The notes beneath the pieces are model-generated. The model had not been told where the DNA came from. It worked only from the letters and a program-made list of their open reading frames with translations, and did no database searches. This document shows positions 38,366 through 49,449 of a DNA stretch of 64,000 nucleotides, one piece after another. Both the position numbers and the translations under genes were made by a program. Where the stretch lies: the NCBI GenBank assembly GCA_011109175.1, contig RDEW01000002.1:1532111-1596110 (forward strand), written 5' to 3'. The stretch is from Dicyema japonicum. Its lineage: Eukaryota > Animalia > Dicyemida. The first letter of the stretch is position 1. Each line of letters starts with the position of its first letter.

Positions 38366-38639
38366 ATGGACTCGGGGGACAGGAAAATCAGGAAATCTTC
38401 CCATGGATGGAGAAGAAAAATATAAGTAAGGCCGTTGCTTTCAAAATTAAGGGAAAACGTTCGTCACACTAGATCAGAGAACCCAGCTTGAAAAGGAGTT
38501 CAGACTGAATCCTTATCTCACGAGGGAAGTGAAATCTGAAATTGCCCATAAAGTCGATCTCAGTGAAGACGCCGTAATGCATTGGTTTCAAAGAAGACGG
38601 AGGGCCCACCGACAATGGAATCTTAGGTTAGATTTTTAA
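38366..38639 (+). CDS. Divergent Hox-like (ANTP-class) homeodomain protein with hexapeptide; 26-nt intron at 38426-38451; 1-nt frameshift in the G5 run at 38374-38378
   Basis: EIFPWMEKKNI|RKTFVTLDQRTQLEKEFRLNPYLTREVKSEIAHKVDLSEDAVMHWFQRRRRAHRQWN. Upstream GGCCAATC (38291) and TATATAAA (38336). Missed by the ORF track. Confidence 0.8.
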
Positions 38640-39496
38640 ATTTAACCCCACCACTGATAATTAGCTGCATTTACTAACAAATGACATTTACTAATACTTT
38701 AAAGTCAAGTCTCCTTGATCTCGTCATTTTGTCTTTGATATCACCAATGGGGATTATTGAAATTGTCAATTGAATTTAGTTGGGACTCCAATAGGTAGAA
38801 ATTTGCCCGTAGCACATAGAGACTTGTTCTCCGGAAGGTCAACTGTTTCGTCTTAGGGTCTCCTATCCTTATAGTGCCATCTCAATGAGAGTAGTTTGTT
38901 AAGAACTTCTGGATTCTTAATAAAGATGGGGTTGAAAAGCATTTGTTCGCAAGGGGACACTTCCCCCATTTTAGCTTCTCTGAAGCGTTAACCCCGAATC
39001 ATGAGGCATCTCTTGAATATGTTGTAGCTAATTTGACAAAGTATTAGCAATTTTAATCCTTGTAATTCCTAAACAAAAAGATAAAAAACAAGAGCTTCTA
39101 TTAGGTTTTAACTATTAATCTCCCCCCACTTTATTCACTCGCCATTACCTCTCCCGATGGCAACATGGATCAGTTCTATAGACATCATGGCTTCTGAGTG
39201 AAACTTGAAGATTAAATTTAATTTGAGTGTACTCATTATAAGAGTTTTTCGTTAATATTGCAAGATAAGGATCCCCCTTACTGGGCCTCCAAACTTTTTG
39301 AGACAAAAGGTATACCAAGTACTCACGGTCGGGGTTAGACGCATCCTTTCCAACAATCAAGTCCATCCAAATCCGCCTTGTGAGAACCCCTTAGGTTGGT
39401 TAAGGAAGAACGAGATCCTTTCCCTTGGATGGGTGGACTGCATAGCACCTCTTAGCAATCGACGATCATCTGAAAGGAATCCTTTAATCACGTAGG

Positions 39497-39567
39497 TATC
39501 TAATCACAACAGCACTAACAACTACGAATCAAACCCATATCTAATCACAACAGCACTAACAACTACA
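39497..39567. repeat. Short direct duplication TATCTAATCACAACAGCACTAACAACTAC x2
   Basis: Two copies about 41 bp apart, read directly. Confidence 0.8.
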
Positions 39568-39994
39568 AACCTCAAGTCTTAACCACAAATTAGAGCAGAT
39601 ACTATTTCTAATAATGCTGGGATAACACTGTTATAGTTAATTAAACACAGAGCTCCGCATTGATGACCTCCCAAGTTCTCTTAATTTTTGACAGTAAGGA
39701 TTGAAATCGAATCCTACATGCATCTGACGCGTTCTTCGTTCAGAACTTGTGGACTCCCACGTCTGTTACCTCTCCCATGCTATCTGTAAGAAAGGAGACA
39801 AACACTTTAATCCCTAATACATGCAATAGAGGCACGTCAATGACCACTTAACTAGAAAATCAATTAAATCTTGTTAAAATAGAATTAAAATTACATTAAA
39901 TTATGCGTTGTTGAATAAACGTACATTGGGTAACCACAAAACCACAAATAAAGAAATCGTTATATACTAAAATAATATTACAAAGTTTATTATT

Positions 39995-40771
39995 TTATAT
40001 TTTTATTAATAAATTTAATAGAAACTTGGGTCTTTCCTGTGTTGGTAAGGAAAAAAATTTGAGCTGTTCCTCCGAATATGTTTCCTCAAATTCAAGGATT
40101 TTCCTGAATTTGTTAGTTTTGTAATTAAAATTAAATTCATAAATTAAATTCTCCTCCACAAGTGGATCAATAATCACTTTAATGGGCTCTTTGAAAACAA
40201 GGTCCTTCACTGCAACGTCTGGAAATATCAGAACTCCTCGTAAGCCCATAGAAACCCCATATTTTGGATGAACTGACACTCCCATTAGTTTCTGGATTCA
40301 TAATTATCCAAAATTAACTTTCTGTCCTTCCACGTGTCTTGGCTTGTGCAAAAAAGCACAACCTGATACATGTGCAGCCGCCTGGACGATAATTTGAGGT
40401 TTGTTCAACTGATCAAATTGAGACTCCTGAATAAGAACATATTTGTACTAAAATAGAAAATATTCTGCACCTCATTAATCTTTGATATTAGATATTTTAT
40501 AGAATCGTAAAATATATTACAAGAACTTGATTCTCGGTAAGTTTTGTAAAAATATGGTTTGAGGGTGTTTTCGTAAAACTTTGGTGCCGTAAGTATGCAG
40601 AACGCCAGTGAATCATCTTTGTAGGGAAGTTTGTAGTCATTTGCTACAACTTGGTTGTACCATTTTAACTTATTATAATACGAGTTGAACTTTAAAAGGG
40701 TAGAGTTCTAAGCCTGAATTTAATCCAATTTTTGAATAAATCTTTCGCAGGATATTTTCTGCTATATTCAT
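39995..40771 (-). CDS. MMACHC: Cobalamin-processing enzyme CblC (MMACHC), 3 introns (40669-40690, 40448-40470, 40292-40318)
   Basis: GLELYPFK|LKWYN..., KPQIIVQAAAHVSG, GVSVHPKYG...LRGV. The three 22-27 nt introns sit at positions matching my recollection of vertebrate MMACHC. Confidence 0.92.
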
Positions 40772-40929
40772 AAATGCTTCGGATTTTCTTAGTAATTTGA
40801 AATATGGTGTACTTCGGTTAAATAATTTTTATTTAAATTTAAATTATTATTAATAAAATATATCAAATTTTAATTATTATTAATAAAATATGAGAAAAAA
40901 ACCCACCCCTTTTAAAATCTTAATGAAAA

Positions 40930-41198
40930 GGTGATCGCCGTCGATACAGGAAAGCCGTAAGTACTCTGGAGGAACAAGAAAGACCTCTCGATCCTTTTGA
41001 GGTGTACGGGAACACTCAATTAGTTGGTTTACTCCTTTTTTGGTGTTCTTTTCTCGGGGTTATTAAATAAATAAAAATGAACACGTTTCTCGACCCCACC
41101 GGACTCGTCCTCTCTCTTGTCGATCTGGATCACTTAGTTGAGATTTCTTTCTCTTTGACCCAGTGATCCTGGAGATAATAATAATAATAATAATAATA
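40930..41198 (+). mobile_element. Two adjacent LINE 3'-end fragments, the second with a (TAA)n tail
   Basis: 41015-41070 resembles the 3' end at 42405-42460; 41087-41198 is the reverse-complement homolog of 44900-45012. Confidence 0.7.
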
Positions 41199-42227
41199 TG
41201 AAAACGTTTGCTTCTAATAATTAGTGGGACATGACCGTCGGACATATCTGCGAATTAACAGGATGGAAAAACAATGATAACGCAGGCGAAGTGGTCCATG
41301 GGCTGTTCGGAATACAAGAAATTAAAGAAAGACTCCCTAATCCAATTTCTCAATTGGAGAGCCTGGCAAGTATCATTACATAGATAGTATAAATGACTTT
41401 TAGTTAATACACGGAAAGTATACTCCGGATGAGTGGTCATACACTGGAATTAGTCATCCCAAAGACGTGTTCCATACCGCAAGGGACTTACAATTAAATA
41501 CCCAATTTATACAGTTGGTCTACAAAGTGTGTGAACAGAAAATTGTCAGACTACATTGAGGCATCAGTGACAATAAATTGGGAACCCGAAGGATGTGTCA
41601 ATGGCTAAAGAATAGCCAATACTTGTCCAGTCCATCAACCAGCTGAACGGGAATAATTTTGCCACTGACTTCTTGCATGGGTTCAATAACTTTGGACTCC
41701 CTCAATGCATTGTAGATTTTGTGAAAAACTTGATCACGAAATTAAGTTGAATTATAATCACAAAGAAATTGGGGAAAGATAAAGAGAGGGATATTGCAAG
41801 GTGATTCTTTATGCTTGTAATAAACATTCTTAGCCGGGTACTAAATCCAAAATACCCCAAAGGGTTATTGACAACTTTTTAAGCTAATATTTAAATGGAG
41901 TAACTATTTTAACCAATATTTTTTTACAATTAACACAAAAAGGAAATAGCCAATTGGCTGAGGAGTCAACTGATGACGATTGCTCATATGTCTCATCTCC
42001 ATATAAAGGAAAAGGGTGGCAGGATCCCATAAAGGAAAGGATTTTTTAATTAATGAGAAATTATTTTTTTTCAGAAACGCGTTTAAGAATGATTTTTTAG
42101 TTTGCATGATCTACCAATATTATGTAATATAATATACTAAACTAATTAAGCCACGTGGCGCCAAGTGGTGCTGCGTTAGTTAAGTTTTCTGCGTGCTTGT
42201 CTGTTCCTTCTCTTTTTTCCTGATAGA

Positions 42228-42461
42228 GTGGCGTCATGTGATCCACCTGTCTAGGTGACGCCCAGTGCCAGGCCGGCACGAAAAAGGATCATTTGCTCTT
42301 CCCCACTCCACTGGAGGGTTTCCACAACTGCATGTAATGGACGTCTTATCTTTTATGCTGATTCCGGATGGACTCTGTTTCTGTAGAAGTGGAAACTGGA
42401 TACACTTAATTAGTTGGTTACTTTAACTTCTTTCTCGATGTATCCGGGGTTAATAAATAAA
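42228..42461 (+). mobile_element. ~230-bp non-autonomous Ingi/Vingi-like derivative (5' motif + 3' tail)
   Basis: Starts GTGGCGTCATGTG like the 43275 element, has a vestigial QL.V.G APE start, and ends with the family 3' UTR AATTAGTTGGTTACT...CGGGGTTAATAAATAA. Confidence 0.7.
42230..42291 (+). ncRNA. Putative 5' pseudoknot RNA motif (HDV-like helix order), copy 2
   Basis: All Watson-Crick: P1 GGCGTC/GACGCC, P2 TGATCC/GGATCA, P3 ACCT/AGGT, P4 GTGCC/GGCAC; linkers ATG, CA, GAAAAA. Confidence 0.65.
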
Positions 42462-43276
42462 AGTGGAATCTTTGATATCTCAGAGTTATTTTGTACTTAA
42501 ATTTTTTTCCTCTTCTGTTCTGAATCTTGATGGACTTGTGGCTTCAGTGCTAGAAATAGTTAGTACCTCGACTTATCCTTGAAATGGCAAGTAAATATTT
42601 AATTCAATCAGCTGGTTAAACTGATATTAAAATCTCAATTCAAATGTATGAGGCAAGTCACGTGGGAATCAGAGGCTCAATGAATTCTTCTTCATATAGT
42701 CATTTATGTATTTTTGCAACTCCAATTTTTTAATTCAATGCAAATTGTTCCGTAACCGTCTCATGATTGAGATCGATTTCCTCGTAATCCTTTATCAACC
42801 TCTCTTCTCAGATGTCCCTCCTTCCGCCTACCATGGATTCAACAGTGCAGTTTTCACTGCGACAGCTCGGAAGACGAATCAGCCCATGAATGCTCCATAT
42901 TTTTTTTAATTTTGAACAGTTCGACCATTGGAGAAGCGGATTTTATGCAAGTGTTTGTCTATTTTAGGTTTAAGGGAGAGAGTGAAGTCAGTTCATGTTA
43001 ACCGTCTTTTTGCACTGTCATGAACCTAGTCCCAAAGGTCATGAACCTAGCATACTGATAGTTACACATGCGATCTGTGAGGGTAGTAGAGGATCTGGTG
43101 TGTCGGCTTTAACTTGAAGCTCCCCAAAATAAAATTTGAGTTTGAAGGGGACATGTTACTAGGTATTTCTTAAATCCGTGTTGGAAGGATTCGTTAAGCA
43201 AATATGGATGAATCCTATCAAGGATCATTTTCGAGTATTTTGGATATAACAGAGATATATGAGAGAATTAAAACGT

Positions 43277-43351
43277 GGCGTCATGTGGTCTATCAGTTAT
43301 GAAAGTTCTGGAGGCGCCCAGGGTGCACTTAATGCACTGCGGAAAAGGACT
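43277..43351 (+). ncRNA. Putative 5' pseudoknot RNA motif, copy 3
   Basis: P1 GGCGTC/GGCGCC, P2 GGTCT/GGACT, P3 TCAG/CTGG, P4 GGTGCA/TGCACT (with G-U pairs); linkers ATG, CA, CGGAAAA. Confidence 0.55.
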
Positions 43352-43421
43352 CTTCGGACGACTGTCTCTTCCCTTTCTTAATCCCTCTCGGCTGAATGGG
43401 TTCCTGATAATTCTCGCCGGT

Positions 43422-43445
43422 GACATTGAACTTAATCCAGGCCCT
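43422..43445 (+). other. 2A-like ribosome-skipping motif DIELNPGP
   Basis: Exact match to D(V/I)ExNPGP, preceded by hydrophobic LIILAG, immediately N-terminal to the APE domain. Confidence 0.85.
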
Positions 43446-44899
43446 CCACTCTCAATTTTGCAGATAAACATTAACGGAATCAAAAGCAAAATTCTCGAAC
43501 TACGGTCTTTCATTAAAGAGCAGAACATTGACCTGATTTTACTTCAAGGATAGCAGACTTATTCCATCATCACCTACCCGCATTTTCCAGGATACCACTG
43601 CATCCGTCTGGACCGCTCAAACCGTCTTGGTGGGGGACTCCTCATCATTATAATAGAAAACATTCGATTTACGGACATCTCAGCAAAACTACAATCACTA
43701 ATAAACGACGGGACCACGGAAATATCTGGGATATCAATTACAAGTCGATTCGGGACTCTCAACATTACAAACATCTACGTCCCCCTCCATCTTATCCAAA
43801 AAATTCTCTCTAAACCTAACCAAGTTAACAAGCTCGGAAACCTGATATTGTGTGAGATTTAATGCTAAACATCCAGCCTGGTTAAAATCACATCCAGCAG
43901 ATTCAAGAAGATTATCCTTATTAAACCAGCTCACCTCTCTGACTAACAACCCCAGGAAGCACACTAGGAAAACGAAGCATCAACGTTCCCAGACATTACT
44001 TTCTGTTTTCCAAACCTTGCATCAGGCACATCTTGGACGGTGCATTATGGATTATCTTCCGACCACAATCATTATTCGCATCGAAAAATCTTTACCACAA
44101 AAAAGACTGTTTCATTTTTCAACTATAAAAAAGCAAACTGGAATGACTATTCAAAATACATCGATCAAGCTCTATTATACTTTGACATGATGATATTTCC
44201 CTCAATAGATGAAGCTATTGACTTTTTGAAAAAACTATTCTCATGGCGCGGAGAACATACATTCCACGCGGATCATTTAAATTCTATAATTAAAATCTCG
44301 ATCAGAACACCAAATATTAATTAAAGAAAGGAATCGCCTGAAAAGACATGTACCTTTTTTCCCGACAGAAAAATAAACAAAAACTCTCAATGACGAAATA
44401 TCTAAAAGGATTAGAAAACCTGAAGCAACAAATGGGACAAACTTCCATTTCAGAAATCTGCTTAGAGATATGGAGAGAAATTAGACAATTTTGTCCGAAA
44501 GGAAAACTTAACAAACTCATGAAATATTACGCTAGTATAAGCCACAAACCTTTCAGGAAAATGGATGGGTCTTCTTTATCCTCAATAAGACCGAAGAGAA
44601 CACAGCCGATTAACTTTATCTCACATTCAGATGTCAATGAGGGTTTGAAAAGGATGAAAATCTGATTGAGGCCTTCGAGATCGTTTAATTAATTTAGTAA
44701 TTAAATTAACTATTGGTGTTCTTGGGTTAATAATAATAACAATATTGCATTAAGAAGGAGACTCCTTTGGTTTCCCCGGTTTCAATACTGGTTGGATGTG
44801 AGCAAATCGCAACCTTGTAGGGATTGTGTTTCTGTCGATTGATGTGATGTAAATCTGCGTTAAAGCTATATAGGCCCGGGTCCCCAATTTCTCGAGGAC

Positions 44900-45240
44900 T
44901 ATTATTATTATTACCCCCAGGATCACTAGGTCAAAGAGAAAGAAATAAAAGTTCTCATCTAACTAAATGATCCAAGACCGACAAAGGAGAGGACGAGTCC
45001 GGCGGGGTCGAGAATCCTGAACAGCTCTTCACATTGGAAATGGCATCGGCTCAAAATTTCTGCATGATTGTAGATATTTCGATAGTGTATGGAATAGAGA
45101 ACAGCTCAATAAACTAGCCTTCTTTAAGAGTTTCCGTTGTAATTCGATCAAGAAATTTTCAATGGGCTGGATTTTGTGTTCTGGTCCAATTAACCTTATT
45201 GCAATCTCATCGATTAAATCATGTTCAATGCCATGCAAGC
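44900..45240 (-). mobile_element. LINE 3' fragment with (TAA)n tail
   Basis: 3' UTR homologous to 41087-41198; (TAA)n tail on the minus strand at 44900-44913. Confidence 0.6.
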
Positions 45241-45344
45241 CATTTTTTTTTTTTTTTATAACAAGGACACTGTCATAATAATTGACTTTATTTAAAATAA
45301 TTATATAATATATAATTAATTAAAAATATAACTTATGAACTTTA

Positions 45345-46487
45345 ATGAGTTTGAAACTACTAACAAAGTACGAGCAGTTTGTCAGATGTTCCTCTCCTTT
45401 TGTCAAATCCATTATATCAAATCAGCTTCCGTCCAATACTAAATGTGAAGACTTTATCTTCCAAACCAAGATACCCAACAAAGATGATTTCATCATTGGT
45501 GTTGTTGACGGTCACGGAGGACATCAATGTGGTTCATTCTGCTCACAGTTTCTCCCCCATTTCACTAGCTCCTACATTTACGATCAAATTAATGTAAATA
45601 TGCCTAAAACTGTAGATCTCCCATACTGATTTGACTCATTCAAACGTAACCCCTCACGAGGTTTCGAACTACCTAAAAAGTCGCTACTACAAGTGCTCAA
45701 ATACAGCGGAGTCGATCTCGTCGGGGTTCACCTGCCTCGATGACTTCATCAGTGAGGCGTATTCTTCCAACCCAAACATTGAGGTGACCTTCTTTATTTA
45801 TCCATCAGTCTACCTTGACAGCTCTTTCCGGAGCATGTGCCTGTCTCGCATACCTCACCGAAGGGACCGTTTATGTCGCTAATACTGGGGATTGTTCCGC
45901 ATTCGTGGTTTCTGCAGAAAATGGAAAATTCAAGGCAGTTAAACTCACTAACCCCCACTCTTTCGAGAATTCGAAAGAAGTTAATAGAATTACAAACTTG
46001 GTCCCTGAGGAAGAAAGGAAAGAACTCTTCGTTGACCGTCGACTTTGCGGTATTTTGATGCCTTTTCGGGCATTCGGGGACTTCCAGTTCAAGTGGTCTC
46101 GTGAATTCCTCACTTATGTTAAGAAATTCATGACTACTCAAGGCATGGAGAGAAATGTCCTGCTTCCTGAATTATACAAGTTCCCCCATATCTCACAGCT
46201 CTCCCAGAAGTTATTTCCATTCAATCAGGCCTGAGGATATTTGTATTGTTATGACAACCGACGGAATTACTGACTTTTTGGATCCTGAACACGTGGCTGA
46301 AATTGTTGGAAGGCATATTTCACGATTTGGGAGTTGTTCTCATAATGTCGTTACTAAGATCTTTGAAACTGCTCTGCGTGGAGGCAACCAAGACGACTCG
46401 TTGCTTAAACAATATTTAGAACTTCCACGTGGGCTATCTCGGCGCTTCAGAGACGACATGAGTGCTGTTGTTGTCTCCTTTGTGTGA
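45345..46487 (+). CDS. PDP: PP2C-family pyruvate dehydrogenase phosphatase-like protein; introns 45594-45615 and 45784-45808; two apparent 1-nt homopolymer deletions
   Basis: SNQLPSN..CED, GVVDGHGG, ALSGACAC, VANTGD, RLCG.LMPFRAFGDFQFKW, PPYLTA.PEV (alternate frame), TDG, RRFRDD. Confidence 0.88.
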
Positions 46488-49449
46488 TATTTTAATATTT
46501 TCTGAGTGCCACTTGTTTTTTTAGCGGTCAAAAATATTAAAGTTGGGAGTTAATAGTAGCTCCAACTAACTATAAATTACGGTCGTTTGTGCGAATGAGA
46601 CTTACCAGTTGTCGACTCCAATGTTCTGGAAGTCATCGTGTCGTTCCCTTTCCGGAGGTCTGAACGAATTCTATATTGAGTTTATTGAGAATTTGTAAAT
46701 GGTTTTGAGAGCCTGAGTCCATAGGTCCGAGATGTTTCAATTCAAGGATATATAGGCCTTTGACAGGTTAGTCACTCGAATTTTTTGATAAACTCATGGA
46801 TGATATACTGAAACTTGGATAGAAGTCCTCATACTTCAGTGGACTCGTCGAATATTTCAACATTGGAAGATGACTGACCTATAAATTGTAGAACAAGTCG
46901 TTTGAATGCCAATAAAAATATTTAGTTTGGTTATTTTCAACAAGTAGTGGACACTGAGGGGAGCAGAATCAGTTTGACTGACATTGAATAAATCTCAAAA
47001 ATTTTAAGTTCTATTTTGGGCTGAGCGAAAGATATATTCTAAAATGACTTGTCGTCCACGGATCGATATGATTTCTAATATGTATACACTTCCTGACAAA
47101 GAGAAACAAAATTTTTAAACCGAAAATGGAATCAGAAAATACAATATTCTTACTTACTTTGATAGGTCTTAGTTTTTGATGTCTAAAAATTAAAAAACTT
47201 AGTTGGTAGTAATCATTTATATATTTCAATTGTGAGTTTATTCAATGCATGGAAAAACCGTGTTTCATGTAAACGGGGTGAAACGAGTAAATTGAAAGTA
47301 ATTACCCAAATCTAACATTATTTTTTGTTTTTTTAGCATAGGTATTGCTGGTATAATTTTTGGAAGAGCTATAGATCCTGCTTCCATAATGTCACTATTG
47401 ATATACCACCCATCAATTGCAGTAGATTTGTCGAACACCTTCCGTAAAATCCAGGAAGTGTGCAGTTACCGACTTGTATAAGAAGGCTTTTTCTTTTTTG
47501 CGGAACATTATCTAGAACAAAATACAGTCCTGGTCGCTGGTCTGAAGAAGATGTCTGTCGAGTTGAGCATTTGAAGTAATTCCTTGAGGAACTTTCGCCT
47601 TGACAATTAAACTTGAACTCGAAGACCATTTTACAGGAGCTTGAGTTCTGGCCAAATGATGTTAATATTTCTGTTGATTTTAAAAAATGCGTTGATATTC
47701 GGGAGGAGATATGGACAAGGAGACCACAATTGTTTTAACATCGAAAAAAGAGTTGAAAGCGTATCAGTTAAGTAGTCAAAAAACTTGATTGGGAAGCGCT
47801 CAAATACTTCCAAATTGAAAGGCCCCAAGATTTGATGGGTCTAAAAATTTTCACATGTCTTATGAGTTAATTTTCACTGAGATGTCTAGAATTGTGATTG
47901 GAGAGTATCTCCCTGGGGGCTTTCACTGGAATCACATATATAAACACAAAGTGTGATGTTCCGAGTTTCCAAAGGACTTAACCTTGATGCTATCATGTGG
48001 ATGTGTTTGGTTTTTTGCCGGGAATCAGATGGGAACACGGAATGGAAGGGGTCTCATAAAAAGTCAAACGTGACAGAGAACAGAAAAGTATAATCAAACA
48101 TGGCGGAAGAGAAAGCAGAAATTTTAATTAACCATCTAAGTTAGGGGAAAAACCCAAGACATGAAACCAATTTGAGTCAAATTTAGCATTAACCATAACG
48201 AACTTAATTATTAAAGAAAAGTAAATATTGATGTTATAGGAGTTCTCGACCATTAACATCACTTTTCCCGATCAATAGCGTAACTGAATTTTAAGGGTAA
48301 AACAAACTTTTTTTTTCCCATTTTCAGAACCTCCTCTGGAAACATAGTTTTCCACGTGCTGAATAAATTTTCAATTGGATTTGAGAATTGGGGAGTAAGG
48401 GGTAATGGAACATGGAGATTGTCTGTATAATGGTGAATACAGGCATTATCAAAGATATCGGGTCTTCAATTCCCTTATCATAACAAAGACTTTATGAATT
48501 CCATAAAAATGAATCATTGATGCAATGACCGACATTAGTTATTGATTTAATTTCTGGTTCTGATAGCTCCTACAGAAATATACGTAAAAGATCCTGAAAC
48601 ATCTCTTTCTCATCTTGGTCTTTATGACACTGAAAATCCGACCTCATCATGAGTTTAAGATGTTTGCTATCCAAAAATATATTACGCGTATCCCAATGTT
48701 AATGCGTAGAAAGTTGCGCTATTGATCGAGAAAGTGACGTTAATGGTGGGGAAACCCTATATGATCGAGGGACTCAGAGAAAAACTGTGTGCTGTCAGCC
48801 AATAAGGAAAGACTATATTTATTCTGTGAGAAATGTACTGTGCGGAGTAATCCAACTAAGTGATCGAATCCTTATTAAAATACGAGACTTCTGATAGCTG
48901 GGTTAAGTATGTCTGCTACGAAACACGTCATAATAACGAATCCAAGGAAGGAACCCAAGGGTGAACGCATCCAAAAAATATCTGGAAAATGTTGACTGCA
49001 ATCAGTAGATAGTAAAGTTAACTCAATCAGTTTACAACATCATAGTGCAGTGAATATTGTCAATAGAGATGAGTTAAAAAAATTATTGGTAAGGTTATGG
49101 TTGATGTGCCCCTTGGTGAGTGAGAGTAGACACCCTAGCTTACTCATTTAAAGGATGTTAAAGTTATTGCACGTTTCTACAGGTGAACCAGCAGAATGAT
49201 CATTACCGAGACGATAAAACTATGTGATAGTTTGTTAGTGAGCTAGGCACAGACAAGTAAAGCGTGCTTAGTGTTTGTATGAAAATGGCTGCTCTCTGAG
49301 TGTTTTTGATATTTACTGTGTATATTAGTCAACTGTGTTGGTGTCACCTATCTATTGTTGCTTGAGTGGGCTAAGTAATGTTAAACGCCTGATCCCCTTC
49401 TATCCTATCCTGTTCTATCCCTTTTTTCTATATTTCTTTGTTCTACTAT

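Larger units (their letters stand above)
43275..44845 (+). mobile_element. Ingi/Vingi-like LINE with both ends, a 2A motif and APE domain; RT internally deleted
   Basis: LIILAGDIELNPGP then ILQININGI..IDLILLQ, RLDR..GGGL, NIYVP, FNAKHPAW, PDI, SSDH, KANW; jumps at ~44640 straight to the family 3' UTR and (TAA)n. Confidence 0.88.

Noticed and set aside
46500-48200. Possible minus-strand gene downstream of PDP
   Set aside because: Some open stretches and intron-like segments, but I could not build a consistent model or recognise a domain.
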